Shown here: piece by piece, positions 18,346 through 25,232 of the stretch
Position numbering within the stretch: the first letter of the stretch is position 1
Layout: each line of letters starts with the position of its first letter
Source: a virus
Direction: 5' to 3' (one strand)
IMG/VR virus record: IMGVR_UViG_3300045988_183134
Coordinates: 96,001-160,000 of that record
DNA: 64,000 nucleotides
Translations under genes and position numbers: made by a program
The notes under the pieces: generated by a model
The model's input: only the letters and a program-made list of their open reading frames with translations
Told to the model about the DNA's origin: nothing
The model's database searches: none

Positions 18346-19113
18346 ATGTATCAGCTGCAAAACATCGATTATCTGTACCGTATCTCGACTATGACCGGCT
18401 CGTCCAAGCTCGTTACCGTTCAGGCGGACAGAGACTCCCATGACCTGAACGATAAGCATTTCGTGATGCTGAATCTGTGCCGGGCAATCGTGAATTTCGC
18501 CAATGAAGGGCACGTGATTTCAGCTGTGTATGAACTGGAACCAGATGGGACCTCCAAGCGGGTTGCCTATCGCGGATTGCCGGAATACCAGGAAGCACTC
18601 AAAGACCCTGAACCGGATGTGATTGTTGCAAAATTTGCAACGAACTTTTCGTCCGGCGCTTCGTTCGCTTCACAATGCCGCGTGAATCAAAAGAGCCGTG
18701 AAGTGTTCGACATTGAGGCTTCCGGGACTCCTTCTGATAATGATGATATTTCTGAACGCCTTGTTTCGCTGGATGACGGCGAACACTGGCATCAGGTTCA
18801 CTGCATTGATGATATCCTCGATGAATACGACGATGATATTGACAATGCTTTGGATGCTCTGTATTCCATCGAAGCTCACGGTGATATCGACGGGGACTAC
18901 TGGTGTACTACCACCGATAAAGACCTGAACCGAACCATTCGTGAATGCCGCACCGAAATTCTCGTTGATGCGCTGCTTGCTCGCGGCTCTGAGGCGGTAG
19001 AAGAATTTCTCGGTTATCCCGTGAATATGTCGGAAGCCGAATGCGTGCTCGAAGAATACCTGAATAACCTGTCCGATGAGGATTTGGCAAACGCCTTCTT
19101 CGAAACTCTTTGA
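18346..19113 (+). CDS. hypothetical, strongly acidic protein (255 aa)
   Basis: ORF with RBS AAAGGAG and D/E-rich runs (DDILDEYDDDIDNALD). Confidence 0.65.
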   Translation: MYQLQNIDYLYRISTMTGSSKLVTVQADRDSHDLNDKHFVMLNLCRAIVNFANEGHVISAVYELEPDGTSKRVAYRGLPEYQEALKDPEPDVIVAKFATNFSSGASFASQCRVNQKSREVFDIEASGTPSDNDDISERLVSLDDGEHWHQVHCIDDILDEYDDDIDNALDALYSIEAHGDIDGDYWCTTTDKDLNRTIRECRTEILVDALLARGSEAVEEFLGYPVNMSEAECVLEEYLNNLSDEDLANAFFETL

Positions 19114-19123
19114 GTTACCGCAC

Positions 19124-19151
19124 TTGCGCAGATGTGCGAACAGGATATTAT
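19124..19151 (+). promoter_or_regulatory. TGTGCGAA-box promoter, copy g
   Basis: TTGCGC-aga-TGTGCGAA-cagga-TATTAT-aaaaat. Confidence 0.55.
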
Positions 19152-19220
19152 AAAAATTGTACGATAGATACCATCTACTAGGCGCGTTTTGCGTTCGTAC
19201 AATTCATAATTTCGCTTGAA

Positions 19221-19254
19221 GGCGGACTTCCCATACCGGGAGGCCCGCCTTTTT
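19221..19254 (+). terminator. terminator-like hairpin inside the 5' leader of 19283..19912
   Basis: ggcggacttccc-atac-cgggaggcccgcc followed by TTTTT, then AGGAGG and ATG 19283. Confidence 0.5.
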
Positions 19255-19282
19255 GCATCAAAAATTACAGGAGGTAAATACC

Positions 19283-19912
19283 ATGTTCAACATTATGAAT
19301 CTCAACAACATCGAAAACATTTTCTACTGGACCGACAATAACGGTGCTGTTTCTCTTCCCGGAGATACTGCCCTAACGTATCGGACCAAATCGGACCTTC
19401 CTCGGTTCGTGGCTGCCGTTTACAGTGCGCTGAACACCGATAGTGGTGTTTCAGAACGTGTTGTCACCCTGAACGGCCACTGCGGTTTGCTGTTGGATGT
19501 ACTCTACGATAAGGACTGGGTATCGGAGACTTTCTCTAATCTCAACTGTGAGATTCCAGACGAAATCATCATGAACCTGTTCGGCGCTGCCTTGCCGTGT
19601 CTGGCACAGATAATGTGGAATGATATCCACACCTCACTTAACAAGACGGAACATTGTTCGAACTGCCCCGACCTCAGAATTTTGGTTGGCCAAAATACAG
19701 ATAAGGATGGTCATGAGCTTTGCTTCTTCATTCCCTTTGGCGGCACAGAGTTTGACCATGATGAACGAATCAGGTGCGCACATGCGGCTCGCGTTGTAGA
19801 GAATTATCTAGACAATGTGGCTTATGGCAAAAAGGTAGAAACATATATTCGTGGACTCGTTGAAGCTGCCAGTATTGACGGCGCTATTTCTGAAAGCAAC
19901 ACGGAGGTGTGA
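19283..19912 (+). CDS. hypothetical protein (209 aa)
   Basis: ORF 19253..19912. ATG 19283 follows AGGAGG by 8 nt. Confidence 0.65.
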   Translation: MFNIMNLNNIENIFYWTDNNGAVSLPGDTALTYRTKSDLPRFVAAVYSALNTDSGVSERVVTLNGHCGLLLDVLYDKDWVSETFSNLNCEIPDEIIMNLFGAALPCLAQIMWNDIHTSLNKTEHCSNCPDLRILVGQNTDKDGHELCFFIPFGGTEFDHDERIRCAHAARVVENYLDNVAYGKKVETYIRGLVEAASIDGAISESNTEV

Positions 19913-19915
19913 GCT

Positions 19916-19996
19916 ATGCTTATCAAGAATATCAAGTGGGATACGGACGGCGACATGGAGGCTCTTGCCTCCTTACCAATAAAAAGGGTGCCGTAA
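19916..19996 (+). pseudogene. truncated small 'IKWDTDGD' gene fused to IS remnant sequence
   Basis: GGAGGTG followed by ATG. The product MLIKNIKWDTDGDMEALASLP then runs into IscB-remnant DNA (IKRVP*). I recall the N-terminal motif from small Firmicutes phage/plasmid proteins. Confidence 0.35.
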
Positions 19997-20109
19997 ATGT
20001 AGAGTTCAAAGTACCTGCAAAAAATGGTCAAAAATCTGCAAGCCTTAAAAAGCTTAAAATCGTAAAGACGACAGATTCCATGCATTCTGCATGGGAAAAA
20101 ATATCTTAA
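19975..20109 (+). pseudogene. IscB C-terminal remnant 1
   Basis: ...NKKGAVNVEFKVPAKNGQKSASLKKLKIVKTTDSMHSAW aligns with the intact IscB C-terminus HNKGTRLLIPANGKSKSVAISKVQVVCHAGAW. The downstream DNA taatcatttaaagaaaggagtagcagg matches the sequence after iscB (29285-29320). Confidence 0.6.
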
Positions 20110-20176
20110 TCATTTAAAGAAAGGAGTAGCAGGGTATTTGTGCTAACTGAGTACACTTCAAATTGCCTCTTGGTTA

Positions 20177-20234
20177 GCGCATTCCTCACCGCCTAAGTCA
20201 AGTCGCAAGCGACTATAGACGGTGTACCCTGCGC
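20177..20234 (+). repeat. IscB-element right-end hairpin (copy H4)
   Basis: GCGCAttcctCACCGCCTAAG...CTATAGACGGTGtacccTGCGC, near-identical in flanks and design to 29347-29395. Confidence 0.6.
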
Positions 20235-20244
20235 ACATAATTTG

Positions 20245-20706
20245 ATGAAATGGAATGTATTTTGTAACGAAAACGCTCCTTATCGTATTTATTATCGTCA
20301 AATTGAGATTGATGGATATGAGATGTATGTCATGTTTCCATTGCCAATGACTGGCATGGAATGTGGCTGGGCAGTATCGCATGGCGCAACTACGGCAGCT
20401 ACCATTCAGGAAGCGGTTCAAAAGTTTTATCCCTTTATGATAGAGTATATCTGCGATAAAGAGGATTCCGACAACGATACGCAACAATACATTCTCAAAA
20501 ACCTCAATTCTCTTGGCAGCTCTGTGGATTTTTGGGGCAGAAAAAATGACCGTCAACATGTCATTGACGGCATGAGCGCAACGCAGAAATCGCAGCTTTT
20601 ATGCTATATTCTGCGAAATCATGAAGTCTTTGGCAAGATGACTTGCCGTGACTGGAAGAATTGGCTGCTGGATGACGCTGAACCTCAGTTTGGTATCTGG
20701 TTCTGA
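20245..20706 (+). CDS. hypothetical protein (153 aa)
   Basis: ORF 20242..20706, with ATG at 20245. Confidence 0.55.
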   Translation: MKWNVFCNENAPYRIYYRQIEIDGYEMYVMFPLPMTGMECGWAVSHGATTAATIQEAVQKFYPFMIEYICDKEDSDNDTQQYILKNLNSLGSSVDFWGRKNDRQHVIDGMSATQKSQLLCYILRNHEVFGKMTCRDWKNWLLDDAEPQFGIWF

Positions 20707-20707
20707 T

Positions 20708-20899
20708 GGCATTAAAAACGGCAGGCAACATCCCGGCCCTGAACAACAAGAAGGACAAGCGTGCTTCGTTTCCGGTCGTCGTGCATCGGGAAGTTTTACC
20801 CTCAAAAAGCTTGACGGCACGCGTATTTCCAAAGGTGTAACATTTAAAAAATTGCGGCTATTAGAGCCTGCAACAAATTATCTAATAGAAAGGATGTGA
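20708..20899 (+). pseudogene. IscB C-terminal remnant 2
   Basis: ...ACFVSGRRASGSFTLKKLDGTRISKGVTFKKLRLLEPATNYLIE matches the pattern I recall for IscB C-terminal domains. No N-terminal part is present. Confidence 0.5.
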
Positions 20900-20901
20900 A
20901 C

Positions 20902-20943
20902 GGGCAATTCCTCCCACGACTAAAGTCGCGGGTCTCCTTGCCC
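20902..20943 (+). repeat. IscB-type right-end hairpin (copy H5, shorter)
   Basis: GGGCAattcctCCCacgactaaagtcgcGGGtctcctTGCCC. It shares the 'attcct' spacer with the hairpins at 20177 and 29347. Confidence 0.5.
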
Positions 20944-20949
20944 TGATTT

Positions 20950-21918
20950 ATGAAAGCTGAAATTAAATTTGCAAACACAAGCAATGGACCCAAAGCCTTT
21001 GTCAAGACTTTTGACGATGATTGGACTCCTATGAGCACGCCGCTCAAGGCATACAAAAAAGACATGCGCAGTATCAAGCCTGCAGGTAACTACGAAGAAG
21101 GAAAGGACTACATGGTAGCCGTCAGCCCTTGGGTTCTTGAAGCATTTCTGAAAGCCAATCAGATTGATTATGTTCAGCTGATTCGCGGCCAGGACCTCAA
21201 GAATCCGCCCGTTGGCAGCATTCGGTATGCGAACGAGAAGGAAGTCGTCTGGTACGAGTATTCTTCCGCAACCACCACACGCCGCTGCACGGACTTGTCC
21301 CGCGCAAAAAGCTTTGTTCAGGAATGGGTCAATCTTGATTGTCCTACACTCAAACGCTTTAGCACGAATCAGAAAGTGCTTTCCGTGAACGGCTTTGGCG
21401 CTGCGGTTCCGCTGTTTGAAAGCCCGCTGGTCGATACCTCCTATGTCGATACTGTCATCGCAGACGATATTGAAGACAAGGAAATCGAAGGACTACGCAA
21501 GCATCTGAACCCGGATGGCGTAATCTCGCAGCTGCTGAACAATGTTCAGAAAGCGAGAGCCGAGAAGGGAATCGATGAAGTGGAAAGCCGCGTCAAGCAG
21601 GTCGAAACCCAGATTCGCCTTTTCCTGCGCACTCCGGAAATCGAAAACAAAATCAAAGACATCGAAACTGCTCATCTCAATGAGGAGGGCGGCTTTGACT
21701 GTGGTTTCATTTTCTGGTATCCGAAAGCTGATTCTCAGCTCGAAAAGGACATGAGCCTGCTGGTCGGTGCCAACAGGCGCAAGCTGAGCTGGCTCGATAT
21801 TGCGGTTCCGACTTTCAGCCAGAGCGTTAATGTTCAGAGATACGGCGCAGAGCTTGTCAAGAAACTCGCAAAAGAGCGTCTTGGCATTGAACTCTATTAT
21901 CATTCGGAGCTCGACTAA
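20950..21918 (+). CDS. hypothetical protein (322 aa)
   Basis: ORF from the track; no family recognised. Confidence 0.65.
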   Translation: MKAEIKFANTSNGPKAFVKTFDDDWTPMSTPLKAYKKDMRSIKPAGNYEEGKDYMVAVSPWVLEAFLKANQIDYVQLIRGQDLKNPPVGSIRYANEKEVVWYEYSSATTTRRCTDLSRAKSFVQEWVNLDCPTLKRFSTNQKVLSVNGFGAAVPLFESPLVDTSYVDTVIADDIEDKEIEGLRKHLNPDGVISQLLNNVQKARAEKGIDEVESRVKQVETQIRLFLRTPEIENKIKDIETAHLNEEGGFDCGFIFWYPKADSQLEKDMSLLVGANRRKLSWLDIAVPTFSQSVNVQRYGAELVKKLAKERLGIELYYHSELD

Positions 21919-21919
21919 T

Positions 21920-22600
21920 ATGCCTGACATGAGAATTTCATTGATGAAAGGGGAGACAATCCCCAGAGATATCAAGGGCCGCAGAATCATTTGCTGCTTT
22001 TGCAATGACAAGGGGACTTGGGATACCAAGACTCTTGAGAAATTTGCAAAGAGATTCCCGAAAGCAAAAGAGTGGTACTTACATAAGCTGCCAGAACAGC
22101 TTCGGTATCCCGGTCAGGTTCTATTCTGTCCGGGCAATAACGAGAACACGATTGTGGCAATTATGATTTGCAGTACTGAAACCGCCGACAAGTACGGCTC
22201 GAAAATTCAGTTCCCGTATCTGTACGGGTGTCTCTTGCAGGCGATGGTCAAGGCCAAACAAGCTGAGGCTTCCGTCATCGTATCAAAGCTCGGAACCGAT
22301 ATGGTCGAATGGCAGTGGAGAAAACTTATTTGGATTCTGAACCATGCGGCGGAAATGAATGAAGGGGTAACGGCAATCGCAGTTTCACCCTATGATTTGT
22401 CTGATGTGTTCGTTGAACCCAAAAAGAAGAAGTCCACTTCCAGAAAGACGAAAGCCAAAAAAGATTTGGAAGATTCCGAAGAGACCGATAGCGAAAAGGA
22501 CAACTGGGATGGTCCTCAAGAAAACGGCAGAGACCAACAGCTCAGCATGCCTGATGAAAAAGAAGACAAGAAATATAGTAAATACGATAATTTGCGCTAA
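21920..22600 (+). CDS. macro-domain-like protein with substituted Gly loops and an acidic/basic tail
   Basis: ORF 21800..22600. ATG 21920 lies 1 nt after the previous stop. RIICCFCNDKGTWDTKTLEKFAKRFPKAKEWY and VIVSKLGTDMVEWQW resemble the Macro_2-type pattern (hxNCxGxMGxGIA..fP.a...Y; IGcGlaGG.W), but the glycines are replaced. Confidence 0.35.
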   Translation: MPDMRISLMKGETIPRDIKGRRIICCFCNDKGTWDTKTLEKFAKRFPKAKEWYLHKLPEQLRYPGQVLFCPGNNENTIVAIMICSTETADKYGSKIQFPYLYGCLLQAMVKAKQAEASVIVSKLGTDMVEWQWRKLIWILNHAAEMNEGVTAIAVSPYDLSDVFVEPKKKKSTSRKTKAKKDLEDSEETDSEKDNWDGPQENGRDQQLSMPDEKEDKKYSKYDNLR

Positions 22601-22607
22601 CTTACGA

Positions 22608-22636
22608 GCTCCTGCAGCAATGCAGGGGCTTTTTTG
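22608..22636 (+). terminator. intrinsic terminator
   Basis: gctcctgca-gcaa-tgcaggggc followed by TTTTTT. Confidence 0.7.
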
Positions 22637-22686
22637 TTGTCTTTCTACAAAAATTTCATTTTTACAGTTTCGAGGCTCTTTTTTGC

Positions 22687-22714
22687 TTGCCTCACTGTGC
22701 GAATCAAAGATAAT
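22687..22714 (+). promoter_or_regulatory. TGTGCGAA-box promoter, copy h
   Basis: TTGCCT-cac-TGTGCGAA-tcaaa-GATAAT-gaagac, 58 nt upstream of ATG 22772. Confidence 0.55.
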
Positions 22715-22771
22715 GAAGACAACAGCCTAAAAGTGGCACTAAAAAGTAGCAATCAAGAAAGAGGTTATAAC

Positions 22772-23608
22772 ATGGCAACTAAGTTTTATCTTGCCGAAAT
22801 TCCGGATGATTTTCCGGCAACCAACGTCAAATTTGAAAATATGACCAAGCCACTGTTGGCGATTCCGGCCAAGATGGTTGATGGGAAGCCGATTACGATT
22901 GTCGGCTACATCAATGCTGGCCAGAAAAAATACAAAGCAAACGATTACGGCTTTGTTGAGTTCAATGACAACGGGGCCGATTTTGCGCAGTTCAAAGACG
23001 CCAATATGGATACTCGGTATTCCGTGAGAGAAAAGGTTTCCGGTGATATTCTCGGATACCTGCCGCTTGAAACCGGGGAACTCGTTGGCATTGTGCGTGA
23101 GAAGGAAAAACCGATTCTTCTTCTGATTATCGCGGTGATTGCTGCTCTCGTGCTGCTCGTTGCCCTTATCACTGCAAGCCTTTATAAAATGGTGAACAAG
23201 CCCCTTGATGGCAGCGGCAGCGATGCCAGCTCCGCAAGCAGCGAAATCGTGATTGCTGACGGCGAAGCGTATGACGGGACGATGGACAACGGCAAAACCG
23301 ATTCCGAGGAGATGCGATTCATCGAATTCCCGGCATTCACGACCATCTATGTGAGCCCTGACAGTACCGTGGACCTGGTGAACCCGGAAAGCAACCATGT
23401 CTACTTCAAATATACGATTCTTGAGAACGATGAAGTGCTCTATGAATCCGATTACATTGCCCCAGGCCAGAAATACGCCTGGCAGGCATCGGATTACATT
23501 ACCGGGGCAGGAGAGCACGCTGTGGTGTTCTCGGTATCTACTGTCGGTGTAGATGACCAACAGCCGCGCAATGGCGCTGAGTTTGCGGTCACGGCCGTTG
23601 TATCTTAA
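22772..23608 (+). CDS. bitopic membrane protein (central TM), unknown function
   Basis: ORF 22634..23608. ATG 22772 follows AAGAAAGAGG. TM helix is ILLLIIAVIAALVLLVALITASLY. Confidence 0.65.
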   Translation: MATKFYLAEIPDDFPATNVKFENMTKPLLAIPAKMVDGKPITIVGYINAGQKKYKANDYGFVEFNDNGADFAQFKDANMDTRYSVREKVSGDILGYLPLETGELVGIVREKEKPILLLIIAVIAALVLLVALITASLYKMVNKPLDGSGSDASSASSEIVIADGEAYDGTMDNGKTDSEEMRFIEFPAFTTIYVSPDSTVDLVNPESNHVYFKYTILENDEVLYESDYIAPGQKYAWQASDYITGAGEHAVVFSVSTVGVDDQQPRNGAEFAVTAVVS

Positions 23609-23746
23609 CTGGGCTGAATTGCGCGACAAGCGCATTTTGGTAAACTCGCAAGGGAGATAAATAGTAAAAGACAAGGGCTCGAATCAGCTGATGGCCTTGC
23701 ACATGGCTGATTTTGTGTCCGCAATCAACGAAGGAGGTTTCTGAAG

Positions 23747-24184
23747 ATGAAACTCGCCAAAGCTATGTCGATGGCCCTCGCTTGTGCGATGGCCGCGACT
23801 ATGTGTGCAACCTCCGCTTTTGCTGCAACTTCCGGCAGCACGAAGGTTAATGCCACTGTTACCCCGTCCTACACCCTGACCGTCCCTGAATCCATTACCC
23901 TGACCAACAACAAAGGCGGGAGTGGCACCTACACTGGTACGATTCCCGTCAACGTAAAGGGCGACATCGGTGAAGGTCAGTCCGTGACCGTTACTTCCAC
24001 TGCGCCTATCATGAAGTGCTCTGGTTCAAAGAACGTTACGGCTTCCTTTACCGGCACTCCTAAGAAGAGCTGGACCCGTATGGAGACTTCTGGTCAGGGC
24101 ACGACTGACAACTACGGTCTGTCTGCAGTCCTGACTCCTGGTGTTTGGGAAGGCACTGCTACCTTCTCCTGCGCTCTGGCATAA
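23747..24184 (+). CDS. secreted protein, paralog family member P1 (145 aa)
   Basis: RBS GAAGGAGG and signal peptide ...CATSAFA|AT. Family blocks are YTLTVPESITL, GTYTGTIPVNVKGD, SAVLTPGVWEGTATFSC. Confidence 0.8.
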   Translation: MKLAKAMSMALACAMAATMCATSAFAATSGSTKVNATVTPSYTLTVPESITLTNNKGGSGTYTGTIPVNVKGDIGEGQSVTVTSTAPIMKCSGSKNVTASFTGTPKKSWTRMETSGQGTTDNYGLSAVLTPGVWEGTATFSCALA

Positions 24185-24286
24185 TCAATCCCCATAACGC
24201 AACTGGGGTATCCCGCACAAAACCGAAAAGCGGTCGGCCTCACAAGCAGGCTGGCCGCCTTTTCTTTTGAATACGGAGGTTTTACC

Positions 24287-24730
24287 ATGAAACTGAAAAA
24301 ACTTACAGCAGCGGCATTGAGCTTTGTAATGATGCTTGGCATCAATACAGCCCCCGCATTTGCCGCTACGAGTAAATCTGCATCTACCGCGATTACCGCA
24401 GAGGTCGGGTCTGGGTATACAGTCACTGTCCCTGAAAAAATCGCGCTGACCAGCACGACTACAGGAACCGGCACGTATACGGGTACGATTGCTGTCAACA
24501 TCAAGGGAGATGTAGCAGCCAATCAAACGGTAACGGTTGCGGCAACTGCGCCTACGATGAAAGATACAGCAGGAAACAGCGTTGCTGCTACATTTACGTC
24601 TACCCCCAAGACAAAATGGTCACGGACTGACATGCAGGGCAATGGCACCACCAGTAACTATGTTGTTTCTGCATCCCTCACCCCCGGCAGCTGGACCGGA
24701 ACCGCGACCTTTACCTGTACTTTGGCTTAA
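24287..24730 (+). CDS. secreted protein, paralog family member P2 (147 aa)
   Basis: Signal peptide ...NTAPAFA|AT. Family blocks are YTVTVPEKIAL, GTYTGTIAVNIKGD, SASLTPGSWTGTATFTC. Confidence 0.8.
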   Translation: MKLKKLTAAALSFVMMLGINTAPAFAATSKSASTAITAEVGSGYTVTVPEKIALTSTTTGTGTYTGTIAVNIKGDVAANQTVTVAATAPTMKDTAGNSVAATFTSTPKTKWSRTDMQGNGTTSNYVVSASLTPGSWTGTATFTCTLA

Positions 24731-24769
24731 ATCTTGGAATCATGCCGCTATGCAGAGGAGGGCATTATT

Positions 24770-25204
24770 ATGAAGACATCAAAGAAAGTTCTGGCAGCCC
24801 TTCTGGCGATTTGTCTCAATACCGGAACTGCTCTGGCCGAAGTGGATAAGACTGCGACAACGGCGCTTGTTGCCGATGTGACTTCCGGGTATACGATTAC
24901 GGTGCCGGAAACTGTTGCATTGTCGAAGAGTACGGACGGGTCCGGTACTTATACGGGTATAATCCCGGTAAATCTCAAAGGCAGCGTTGGCAGTAACGAA
25001 AAAGTGACGGTGACTACCACAGTGACCGATATGACCGATGCGTCTGGGACTAAGGCTCCCGTGACATTCACGGCAAAACCGAAAACGGTCTGGTCATACT
25101 CCGACTTGCTGAATGGCGGAACTACAAGCAATTATGTGGTTTCCGCGACACTGACAGCAGGCAGCTGGAAGGGTACAGCTACATTTTCCTGCACGATGTC
25201 ATAA
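24770..25204 (+). CDS. secreted protein, paralog family member P3 (144 aa)
   Basis: ORF 24734..25204. ATG 24770 follows GAGGAGGG. Family blocks are YTITVPETVAL, GTYTGIIPVNLKGS, SATLTAGSWKGTATFSC. Confidence 0.8.
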   Translation: MKTSKKVLAALLAICLNTGTALAEVDKTATTALVADVTSGYTITVPETVALSKSTDGSGTYTGIIPVNLKGSVGSNEKVTVTTTVTDMTDASGTKAPVTFTAKPKTVWSYSDLLNGGTTSNYVVSATLTAGSWKGTATFSCTMS

Positions 25205-25232
25205 TGCCAAATTCGAAAGGATGTGAAAATCT

